A stretch of 64,000 nt of DNA from contig MGOU01000020.1 in NCBI GenBank assembly GCA_001795385.1, positions 27,539 through 91,538 on the forward strand, written 5' to 3'. The notes below the pieces were generated by a model. That model was not told where the DNA came from. It saw only the letters and a program-made list of their open reading frames with translations, and searched no databases. Below, one piece after another: positions 56,463 through 64,000 of this stretch. Position 1 is the stretch's first letter. The number at the start of each line of letters is the position of its first letter. Origin of the DNA: Clostridiales bacterium GWD2_32_19. GTDB lineage: Bacteria > Bacillota > Clostridia > Lachnospirales > UBA12420. Made by a program: the position numbers and the translations under genes.

Positions 56463-57335
56463 CTATTCTCCTGGTTCTATATGTATAATCACATCCGTAT
56501 TTTTCAATGCTTCCTCTAGCCCTCTCTCTATCTCATCACATATTTCATGCGACTCCTCAACTGACAGCTTTTTATTTACTGTCATATGAAATTCAATGTA
56601 TTTTGTCTTACCTGCTTTTCTTGTACATAAGTTATGATAATCTATTATATGATCCCTATAAGTCTCCATAACCGTACATATCTCTGCTTCTTCTTCCCTT
56701 GATAATCTTGAATCTATTAGTGGATTGAATGCATTTACACATAAATGATAAGCTTCTTTCATAATCAACAGTGCCACACCAATAGCAATCAGTGCATCTA
56801 ACATTGCAAGCTTAGTTACTTCTAACACTATTAGCCCTACACCTACTCCTATTGAAGTATAAACATCCGTCTTTAGATGAAGTGCATCTGCCTCTAATGC
56901 CATTGAATCCTCTTCTTTTGCAACCTTATATAGATATTTTGATACTATGACATTAACTATTGCAGATACAAACATTATAATTATCCCTATCCACGTTTCC
57001 CCTACTTCACTTGGATTAATTAATTTTGCAACACCCTCTTTTATAATAAGGAATGCAGCTATAAATATAAGCAATCCTTCTATAAGACCGGAAAAATTCT
57101 CGATTTTTCCATGTCCATATGGGTGTTCATAATCTGGTGGTTTCGATGAAATTTTAACTGAACAGTATGCAATAATTGAAGCAACTAAATCGATACCTGA
57201 GTGTATAGCTTCACTTATTATACTTACAGACCCACTTAAAACCCCTGCAATTACTTTTAAAGTTATAAGTGATGTGTTTGATATTACCGATACAAGTGCC
57301 GCATACGCCTTTTTATTATCTGCTTTAAGTTTCAC
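56463..57335 (-). CDS. Cation diffusion facilitator (CzcD/FieF-like) transporter
   Basis: Six TM helices plus a cytoplasmic domain. HSGIDLVAS, HLKTDVYTS. Start at the GTG 8 nt after GGAGG; the ORF track extends to 57350. Confidence 0.9.
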   Translation of the reverse strand: MKLKADNKKAYAALVSVISNTSLITLKVIAGVLSGSVSIISEAIHSGIDLVASIIAYCSVKISSKPPDYEHPYGHGKIENFSGLIEGLLIFIAAFLIIKEGVAKLINPSEVGETWIGIIIMFVSAIVNVIVSKYLYKVAKEEDSMALEADALHLKTDVYTSIGVGVGLIVLEVTKLAMLDALIAIGVALLIMKEAYHLCVNAFNPLIDSRLSREEEAEICTVMETYRDHIIDYHNLCTRKAGKTKYIEFHMTVNKKLSVEESHEICDEIERGLEEALKNTDVIIHIEPGE

Positions 57336-57363
57336 TTTACAATCCTCCAATATCCTTATACGA

Positions 57364-57460
57364 TAAAAAACAGTGGACCTATAATGCAGTTATAGCCCCA
57401 CATTTTCTACTGTTGCTAGATTCCTAGCCCGGATTATGCTAATTTACATATCCTGTTCTA
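57364..57460 (-). promoter_or_regulatory. Candidate NiCo (czcD-motif) riboswitch
   Basis: Minus strand reads AACAG-hairpin-GGGC-hairpin(GCTAGgaatCTAGC)-AACAG-...-GGGGC-hairpin(CTATAActgcaTTATAG)-..CACTGTTTTTT. This is a pseudo-twofold ACAG/GGGC pattern with an alternative terminator pairing AACAGT/ACTGTT plus a T-run, upstream of a CDF gene. Confidence 0.5.
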
Positions 57461-57537
57461 CATAGTTTAATTTATTCACTTTAATAAAAATTATATCAAA
57501 CAATTACAAATTGTCAAGAAATTTTTATAAATTTAAC

Positions 57538-57566
57538 TTGACAAAATATGTATTTTATACTATATT
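57538..57566 (+). promoter_or_regulatory. Promoter of the tyrS leader
   Basis: TTGACA-17 nt-TATATT. Confidence 0.6.
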
Positions 57567-57584
57567 ATATAAAACTAAATAAAA

Positions 57585-57793
57585 AAGTCTATGATAGAGA
57601 CACAGTAGATATTTGTGGTTACAACCTTAGAGAGTGAGTTGCCGGTGCAAAACTCACAGCACACAAACAATCGAATTACACTCTGGAGACAGAAAAAAAT
57701 AAGAATTGACTCTTGTCAATCAAAATTGGGTGGTACCACGGGTAAAAACTCGTCCCATATAATACACATGTATTGTATGCGACGAGTTTTTTT
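57585..57793 (+). promoter_or_regulatory. T-box riboswitch leader (tyrosine, UAC specifier)
   Basis: AGAGAGTGAG...GGTGCAA; specifier gaatTACAc; T-box aaattgggtggtaccacggg; terminator aaaactcgtc...gacgagttttttt. Confidence 0.85.
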
Positions 57794-57959
57794 ATTAATC
57801 TAAAACTCCTCCAAAAATGTCATTCTTAACACTAACCATTTTTTATTAATGTTAGTGTTAGCATTATTATTGCTACCACCACGCAGGTATGTCCCGGCGC
57901 TCAGTACTTTTGAGCGGAAAGGGCAGACCGTTAACAGCCCCTCACCAAAAATTAAATAA

Positions 57960-58093
57960 TCTTTTTTCCTTACCCGCAAACTGTTTGAGTGGCGTGAAGC
58001 GAATGCGTAACAAACGAGTTCTTGCGGCTGTCCCCCATGGTTGGGGGTTAGGGGGTTGAGTTTTTTTGTTACTTTTTCTTGAAAAAAAGTAAT
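57960..58093. repeat. Composite structured repeat, copy B
   Basis: ccgcaa...ttgcgg hairpin, then tccccc-atggtt-gggggttagggggttgagtttttttgttactttttcttgaaaaaaagtaa. Homologous to 25861-25995. Confidence 0.7.
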
Positions 58094-58160
58094 TAATCAA
58101 TCTTTAGTAATCAATCAATCTTTAGTAATCAATCAATCTTTAGTAATCAATCAATCTTTT
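58091..58160. repeat. 18-bp tandem repeat (about 3.9 copies of aatcaatcaatctttagt)
   Basis: Read directly from the sequence. Units at 58091, 58109, 58127 and 58145. Confidence 0.9.
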
Positions 58161-58202
58161 AAACAATTAACAAAATCATCATCCCAAAGGAGGATTTTAC
58201 CC

Positions 58203-59414
58203 ATGAATGCATTTGATATTCTAAAAGAAAGAGGCTTCATAGCCCAATGTAGCAACGAACAAGAAATAAGAGAAAGCTTCGAAAAAGGCCAAGTAACCAT
58301 GTACTGTGGATACGACGCAACAGCAGACAGCTTGACAGCTGGACACTTTCTAACGCTCATGGCACTTAGTCACTTACAACAGGCTGGCCACAGACCCCTA
58401 ATTCTAATAGGTGGAGGCACAGCCATGATAGGTGACCCATCTGGTAAAACAGACATGCGAAAAATGCTAACAATAGAAGACATAAATTACAACGCTGAAT
58501 GTTTCAAAAAGCAAATGTCTAGATTCATGGACTTTTCAGACGGTAAAGTTATTATGGATAACAACGCCAACTGGCTCCTCGGTCTTGAATATCTTCCTTT
58601 CCTCCGAGATATTGCAGTTCATTTTTCTGTAAATAGGATGCTATCTGCAGAATGCTACAAATCTCGCTTAGAAGAAGGCCTAACATTATTTGAATTTAAC
58701 TATATGGTTATGCAATCATACGACTTCCTAGAGCTATACAAAAGATACGGCTGCACACTTCAAGTAGGTGGGGATGACCAATGGTCAAACATGCTCGGTG
58801 GTATCGACCTAATCCGCAAAAAAGAACATGCAAGTGCTAATGTCATGACATTTACCTTACTTACTACTAGCGAAGGTAAAAAAATGGGTAAAACAGAAAA
58901 AGGAGCGCTATGGCTCGACCCTGCTAAAACAACTCCATATGAATTCTATCAATACTGGAGAAACGTAGAGGATGTCAATGTAGAAAAATGCCTAGGACTA
59001 CTCACATTTTTACCTATGGACGAAGTTAGAAAACTCGGAACACTCAAAGATGCAGAAATAAACAAAGCAAAAGAAATCCTAGCATATGAAGTAACCAAAA
59101 TAGTTCACGGCGAGGAAGAAGCAAAAAAAGCCCAAGAAGCTGCCCAAGCTTTATTTAGCACTGGTAGTGACATGAGCAATGTACCTAGCTTTGAGTTAGA
59201 AAAAGATGGCGTAGATATCATATCACTTCTCGTCACAACCAAACTTGCCCCTTCTCGTGCTGAAGCAAGACGTTTAGTAGAACAAGGTGGCGTTATAGTC
59301 GGAGGAGAAAAAATCGACAATATAAATTATATAGTCACTAAAGATGCTTTTAAAAATAAAGAACTTATTATACAAAAAGGAAAGAAAACATTTTTAAAAC
59401 TAGTAATAAAATAA
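58203..59414 (+). CDS. tyrS: Tyrosine--tRNA ligase
   Basis: GYDATADSLTAGHF...KMGKT...C-terminal S4-like domain. GGAGG RBS. Confidence 0.97.
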   Translation: MNAFDILKERGFIAQCSNEQEIRESFEKGQVTMYCGYDATADSLTAGHFLTLMALSHLQQAGHRPLILIGGGTAMIGDPSGKTDMRKMLTIEDINYNAECFKKQMSRFMDFSDGKVIMDNNANWLLGLEYLPFLRDIAVHFSVNRMLSAECYKSRLEEGLTLFEFNYMVMQSYDFLELYKRYGCTLQVGGDDQWSNMLGGIDLIRKKEHASANVMTFTLLTTSEGKKMGKTEKGALWLDPAKTTPYEFYQYWRNVEDVNVEKCLGLLTFLPMDEVRKLGTLKDAEINKAKEILAYEVTKIVHGEEEAKKAQEAAQALFSTGSDMSNVPSFELEKDGVDIISLLVTTKLAPSRAEARRLVEQGGVIVGGEKIDNINYIVTKDAFKNKELIIQKGKKTFLKLVIK

Positions 59415-59433
59415 GCCCTCGTGGGCTTTTTTT
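59413..59433 (+). terminator. tyrS terminator
   Basis: aagccc-tcgt-gggctt plus a T-run. Confidence 0.7.
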
Positions 59434-59451
59434 ATTACACTCTCCTAGTTT

Positions 59452-60582
59452 CTATTTTATCACCTTTGCCAATCTATTAACTTCCTTCGCATCTCCTATT
59501 ACTATCGCTCCCACAATATCTCCATTATCCTCAAATGTCTTTACATACGCCCCATCATTTTCCTCAGCCTTTTCTACTAGTCCATCCCCTTGTATCTTCC
59601 CAGCAGACAACAAGCTTATCCCAACTACCTTTAACCTTGCCTCCATCTTGCTACCTGCATATACCTCAGAATTGCCCGTCGCCATATTCTTCCCAGCTAT
59701 CGCCCCTTGTTCTTTTGCAGGTGCCCACAGCCCGTAACAAATTCCATCATGCTCTGCCACATCTCCTGCTGCATAAACAACTCCATCTGATGTCTGCATA
59801 TATTCATTCACAACTACACCCTTATTAAAGTTAAGTCCAACCTTATCAGCCAAGTCACGCCTAGGTCTTACCCCTACTGAAAATATTACTACTTCTACAT
59901 CTAATACCTTACCCGAATTCATGCTTATCTTTTCTACCTTACCATCACCTATTATCTCTTTTGTCGACTCTCCCAACATAAATTTAAAACCTTTTTCTTT
60001 TAACATTTTCTCCAATACTTTTGATCCATCATTATCCACCTGTCTTGGAAGTAGCCTATCAGCATACTCCACCACAGTCACATCTAACCCCTGTTCCATA
60101 AGGCTATTTGCTGTTTCTATTCCTAGTAGTCCACCACCCACAACTATTACCTTTTTCTTATCTTTGCAATATTCTTTTATGTTATCGACATCAGTCCTAT
60201 CTTTTATCGTAAATACTCCATCCTTATTTATTCCCTCTACCGGTAATATAAAAGGATCAGAGCCATTTGCAAGTAATAGCTTTGTGTACTCGAGCTCATC
60301 ACCATTATCTAACACTACCTTTTTTTCATCTGCTAATATGTCTATTACTTCTACGCCTAGCACACATTTTATATTCCTATCAGTATACCATTTCTCATGA
60401 TACACAATTATCTGCTCAAACCCTACTTTCCCCGCTATATAATCTATAAGCCTCGGTCTATAATAAAATAAGTCCCGCTCTTTTGATATTATAGTTATAC
60501 TAGCTTCATCATCATTTTCTCTTATAACCTTCGCTGCTTCAACTCCTGCAACACCATTTCCCACAATAACATATCTTTTCAT
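59452..60582 (-). CDS. FAD/NAD(P)-dependent pyridine nucleotide-disulfide-family oxidoreductase (rubredoxin-reductase/NirB-N-like)
   Basis: MKRYVIVGNGVAGVEAA...VIVVGGGLLGIETA...AAGDVAE. Start at the internal ATG with a GGGGGA RBS. Confidence 0.85.
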   Translation of the reverse strand: MKRYVIVGNGVAGVEAAKVIRENDDEASITIISKERDLFYYRPRLIDYIAGKVGFEQIIVYHEKWYTDRNIKCVLGVEVIDILADEKKVVLDNGDELEYTKLLLANGSDPFILPVEGINKDGVFTIKDRTDVDNIKEYCKDKKKVIVVGGGLLGIETANSLMEQGLDVTVVEYADRLLPRQVDNDGSKVLEKMLKEKGFKFMLGESTKEIIGDGKVEKISMNSGKVLDVEVVIFSVGVRPRRDLADKVGLNFNKGVVVNEYMQTSDGVVYAAGDVAEHDGICYGLWAPAKEQGAIAGKNMATGNSEVYAGSKMEARLKVVGISLLSAGKIQGDGLVEKAEENDGAYVKTFEDNGDIVGAIVIGDAKEVNRLAKVIK

Positions 60583-60642
60583 AAATTTTATCCCCCATAA
60601 GGCGCAGGCAAGCCCACTTTTTTTGTTATCAATTATACACAT

Positions 60643-61941
60643 CTAATCCTTAAATATCTCACTCATAATCTCAAGCGTCTCAAACAATGTAAAATTCTCC
60701 TCAACTCGTTGCGTTAAAAATTCATTTACCTTCCCTATTTTAGCAACCGCATAATCTATTTCTTTATTGCTTCCCTTTACATACGCACCTATATTTATAA
60801 GGTCCTCTGCCTCTTTATATATTGCCATTACTTTCTTTACATTATTAGAGAGTTCCTTATGTTCTGAAGTTACTACATCTGACATTACCCTCGATATACT
60901 TTGCAATATGTCTATTGAAGGATAATGGTTCTTGTGAGCAAGCGACCTCGACAAAACAATATGCCCGTCAAGTATACTTCTAGCTGTATCTGATACTGGT
61001 TCCGACATATCATCGCCCTCTACAAGTACAGTATATAATCCTGTTATCGACCCCTTTTCTGAGTTACCTGCTCTCTCAAGTAACTTTGGCATAGTTGTAA
61101 ACACCGATGGCGTGTATCCTTTACTAACTGGTGGCTCACCAACTGCAAGCCCTACTTCCCTCTGTGCCATAGAAAATCTCGTGAGGGAGTCAAGCATTAG
61201 CGCGACATCTTTCCCTTGTTCCCTGAAATACTCTGCTATACTAGTTGCCACATACGCCGCTTTTAATCTAACAAGAGATGGTTGATCTGATGTTGCAACA
61301 ACTACAACCGAACGTCTGAGCCCTTCTTCCTTCAAGTCTTTTTCTATAAATTCCCTTACCTCACGCCCCCGCTCACCTATAAGTGCAATAACATTTACAT
61401 CTGATATCGCATTTCTAGCAATCATACCTAAAAGAGTACTCTTACCAACTCCACTCCCTGCAAATATACCTATTCTTTGCCCTTTACCTACTGTGAGCAT
61501 GCCGTCAATAGCTTTTACGCCTAATTCGAGTGGTTTTGATATCCTATTTCTCTTTAATGGTGTAGGACAATCATTGAGCACATTGCATTGTACTTCGCGG
61601 CTTATATCACCTTTGTCATCTATAGGTCTCCCAAGCCCGTCAAGCACTCGTCCCAATATATTGTCACATATATTAATTTTAAATATTTCGCCTGTAGCTT
61701 CTACTAAATTTCCAGGTCCAACACCTTGCATATCACCAAGTGGCATAAGTAATAAGTTTTTATTTTTAAACCCAACCACTTCCGCCAATATATCATCTTT
61801 TTCTGTATGTATTTTGCATACCTCACCCATCGTAGCTTTTGGCCCAGTTGACTCAATCGTAAGTCCCAATATTTGCGATACCTTACCATAATATTTGATA
61901 TGCTCTTTATCTATAATACGTTCATATTTTTCAAAATCCAT
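60643..61941 (-). CDS. fliI: FliI/YscN-family type III secretion-type ATPase, orphan
   Basis: GIFAGSGVGKSTLLGMIARN...VIALIGERGREVREFIE...SLTRFSMAQREV...GSITGLYTVLVEGDDMSEPV. Start at the ATG with a GGGGTG RBS. Confidence 0.85.
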   Translation of the reverse strand: MDFEKYERIIDKEHIKYYGKVSQILGLTIESTGPKATMGEVCKIHTEKDDILAEVVGFKNKNLLLMPLGDMQGVGPGNLVEATGEIFKINICDNILGRVLDGLGRPIDDKGDISREVQCNVLNDCPTPLKRNRISKPLELGVKAIDGMLTVGKGQRIGIFAGSGVGKSTLLGMIARNAISDVNVIALIGERGREVREFIEKDLKEEGLRRSVVVVATSDQPSLVRLKAAYVATSIAEYFREQGKDVALMLDSLTRFSMAQREVGLAVGEPPVSKGYTPSVFTTMPKLLERAGNSEKGSITGLYTVLVEGDDMSEPVSDTARSILDGHIVLSRSLAHKNHYPSIDILQSISRVMSDVVTSEHKELSNNVKKVMAIYKEAEDLINIGAYVKGSNKEIDYAVAKIGKVNEFLTQRVEENFTLFETLEIMSEIFKD

Positions 61942-62027
61942 ATAATCACCCCTTGAATCAGTTAGTGGTATCAAAAGTTTTATTGAATTTAATCCTAACT
62001 CTTCATTGTTTCATTTTATCCTATAAG

Positions 62028-62062
62028 CAAAAAAATTGCAACCATTTAGTTGCAATTTTTTA
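62028..62062 (-). terminator. Terminator downstream of the transglutaminase-like gene
   Basis: aaaaattgcaac-catttag-ttgcaatttttt. Confidence 0.7.
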
Positions 62063-62076
62063 CTTCACTCATATTT

Positions 62077-62877
62077 TTAATATTCTTTGTCAGTTGTATA
62101 TTTTGATGCACTCTTTTTAAAAGTATAACTTCTGTCATGTTGTTCTTTGTATGCATCATATGTTGTATCGACTATAACCCATTTACCATCTAAGTAAACT
62201 TCATTCCAAGCATGGTATCCATCTATTAGTTTAGAGTTTCCTTTTACAAGTTTTGCTTTTACATCCACACTTCTTAACATTGCTGCATATAATGATGAAT
62301 AGTCATAGCAAATACCTGTTCCATCTTCTAATGTTTCATCTATGTCTGGTACATAACTTGAATCTATTGTTTTAATTTTGTTGCGATCATATTCTATGTT
62401 TTTTACTATGTATTTGTATATTGCTTTTGCTTTTTCCTCATCAGTGTCTGCATCTTCTGTTAATTTTTTAGCTAATTCTACTGCTTCACTATCTTCATCA
62501 TATTTTATATTTTGTACTGATTTAGTATATATACTTGTATTATCTTTTATTTGTACATTAATTGTATCTTCATATACCCTTCTGTATTTTGTTCCAGAAA
62601 TATTTTCATATACTACTAATGTATATTCTCCATCTCCCATTTGCAATGTAAATTCTTCGGTTTTATCTGTATTCTTCAAATTATAATAATACTTTTTTGA
62701 ATCTTTTTGAATCATGAATTTTGCTTTGTCTACATCTTCATTTTCATACAAAACTTTTACTATTCCTTCATCTACATCTGTAGTGTCAACTTCAACTATT
62801 CTTTCAGCAAATACTAATGTTATAAAAGTCATCATAGATACAAAAATAGCAACTAGTAATATGATTTTTTTAAACAT
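62077..62877 (-). CDS. Secreted transglutaminase-like protein (paralog of 3170-3970)
   Basis: Signal peptide. GTGICYDYSSLYAAMLRS...GYHAWNEVYLDGKWVIVDTT. Start at the ATG 9 nt after GGAG. Confidence 0.8.
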   Translation of the reverse strand: MFKKIILLVAIFVSMMTFITLVFAERIVEVDTTDVDEGIVKVLYENEDVDKAKFMIQKDSKKYYYNLKNTDKTEEFTLQMGDGEYTLVVYENISGTKYRRVYEDTINVQIKDNTSIYTKSVQNIKYDEDSEAVELAKKLTEDADTDEEKAKAIYKYIVKNIEYDRNKIKTIDSSYVPDIDETLEDGTGICYDYSSLYAAMLRSVDVKAKLVKGNSKLIDGYHAWNEVYLDGKWVIVDTTYDAYKEQHDRSYTFKKSASKYTTDKEY

Positions 62878-62892
62878 ATTAACCATCTCCTT

Positions 62893-62982
62893 CGATAACT
62901 GGCTACCACCTGCATCTACAGAAGGCCCTTTAGTTTTGCGTCCTTACCTTTCGATAAGTTTGCCATTGTCGGGTGAAAAGTT
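62893..62982 (-). promoter_or_regulatory. c-di-GMP-I (GEMM-I) riboswitch
   Basis: Minus strand reads ...aatGGCAAAC-ttatcGAAAggtaag-GACGCAAAAc-taaaGGGCC...GGTGGTAGCC, ending a few nt before the GGAG RBS. It has the conserved GGCAAAC, a GNRA-capped P2 and the ACGCAAA block. Confidence 0.8.
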
Positions 62983-63083
62983 AAGTTTAGTTTGTTTTGT
63001 CAAGCTAAATCTAGCTTATCACTCATTACTTTTACTTCTTTCTCTATTAAATTGTATCTGATATATATCTTTACTACATTTAT

Positions 63084-63112
63084 ATAATACCATATTTTTA
63101 CAAGTTTTGCAA
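63084..63112 (-). promoter_or_regulatory. Candidate promoter of the riboswitch-controlled gene
   Basis: Minus strand reads TTGCAA-17 nt-TATTAT, with a TGg extended -10. Confidence 0.5.
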
Positions 63113-63227
63113 TAGATTTCGTTAATATTTATGTAATATTTTGTAATTTTTGTAAACAAAAAGGGCTAATGCCCCATTTCCATTATCTTGATTCTCTATT
63201 CAAATAAAATTATTAAATACTCTTTTA

Positions 63228-64000
63228 TTAGTTAACACGATTACCTTGCCTATCAATATAGAAATAATCATTGTTTAACTCTACACCTGCTCTCCCTTTA
63301 TCAAAAGGATAACCCATATCATACTGGCAAGGTATTACCTCTATACCTTGTAAATTAACATATCCAAATTTCCCATTTGATTCTACTGAGGCTAATCCTT
63401 CAGAGTAATCATTCACCCAATCGTACTTGCATTCTACCACTTCTTTTCCTGTACTATCCATAAATCCATATTTCCCATTTAATTTAATTACTGCCAAACC
63501 ATTCTCTCTAAAATAGCTAAAATCATCATATTTAAAATCCACTACTACTTTTCCTTCCTTATCAATACATCCATACTTCCAATTTTCTTTTGAACATACG
63601 ACTGCAATTCCACCATTAAAACTTTGTGCAGATGCATATTGAATAGGTATTATTTCTTCTCCATTTGTATTTATATAACCATAATCAAATCCATTTGGCG
63701 TCACCAGTGCTAAACCTTCGCTAAATCTTGACACCGAACCATATTTCATGCCTGTTATTTCTTTTCCTTCTTTATTCACGGCTCCCCAACCATTTCCACT
63801 TACTACAGCCACTCCATCATAAAAAGAATCAACATAATTATACTTACACTTTACAGTCTCTTTTCCATCTTCATTTATAAAACCCCATTTACCATCCAAT
63901 TGTACTGCGTACATACCTTCATTCGCATCATACATTGCATCATACTTAGTATTTTTGACTGTCTGTATATCATTGCTTAGTATATTTCCCTTTCTATCAA
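63228..64000 (-). CDS. WG/KWG-repeat protein, 5' end outside the window
   Basis: Repeats of the form GKWGFINEDGKE..KYNYVDSFYDGVAVV. The frame stays open upstream of the annotated Met to the window edge. Confidence 0.8.
   Translation of the reverse strand, partial: DRKGNILSNDIQTVKNTKYDAMYDANEGMYAVQLDGKWGFINEDGKETVKCKYNYVDSFYDGVAVVSGNGWGAVNKEGKEITGMKYGSVSRFSEGLALVTPNGFDYGYINTNGEEIIPIQYASAQSFNGGIAVVCSKENWKYGCIDKEGKVVVDFKYDDFSYFRENGLAVIKLNGKYGFMDSTGKEVVECKYDWVNDYSEGLASVESNGKFGYVNLQGIEVIPCQYDMGYPFDKGRAGVELNNDYFYIDRQGNRVN

Noticed and set aside
57840-57960. A second riboswitch or remnant T-box in the GC-richer segment ...ccaccacgcaggtatgtcccggcgctcagtacttttgagcggaaagggcagacc.
   Set aside because: Only one short hairpin (cgctca/tgagcg) is evident, and nothing matches any riboswitch consensus I can recall. 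It is treated as part of the composite insertion.
58151-58360. Minus-strand ORF overlapping the tyrS start (and 59105-59320, 61704-61889 and 43765-43953 inside other genes).
   Set aside because: They lie antisense within strongly supported genes and have no translation signals.

Overview
AT-rich, Clostridia-like (low-GC Firmicutes) chromosomal segment, with most genes on the minus strand.

Housekeeping backbone, by ascending coordinate: DEAD-box helicase, MFS transporter, tsf, rpsB, gap, pgk, a second gap, glyQS with a Gly T-box, spoVS, rny, recA, secF, secD, ruvB, ftsY, smc, HD-domain protein, rnc, plsX, a D-Ala-D-Ala carboxypeptidase, yqeK, obg, DegV, PFOR/nifJ, GH18 hydrolase, CDF transporter, tyrS with a Tyr T-box, and an FAD oxidoreductase.

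Accessory material sits between these blocks:
- Two tandem SLH surface-protein genes, one of them decayed.
- A Fic toxin with a VbhA-type antitoxin.
- A RhuM/Doc remnant and an SDR fragment wedged between smc and ftsY.
- A large secreted protein flanked by two paralogous small genes.
- An orphan FliI-type ATPase.
- Two transglutaminase-like secreted proteins, one behind a c-di-GMP-I riboswitch.
- A Gly/Tyr-rich mini-protein.

Strongest candidate for an undescribed system: a two-gene module at 48026-49603. It pairs a HipA-like kinase core with a HipA-N-like/HIRAN fusion protein. It lies in a ~1.85-kb insertion bounded by 105-bp direct repeats that duplicate the 3' end of the PFOR gene.

The window also holds several families of short structured intergenic repeats:
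- A nested-palindrome MITE-like element, with filled-versus-empty-site evidence for mobility.
- A leader cassette placed exactly 23 nt upstream of three unrelated start codons.
- A G-run/hairpin/tandem-repeat composite, one copy of which separates the tyrS T-box from tyrS.

Three accessory genes are each broken at an A6 tract where A7 would restore the frame.

No rRNA, tRNA, CRISPR array, transposase or integrase was recognised. All calls come from reading the sequence and ORF track by eye. RNA-element and hairpin coordinates are approximate (about +/-5-10 nt).
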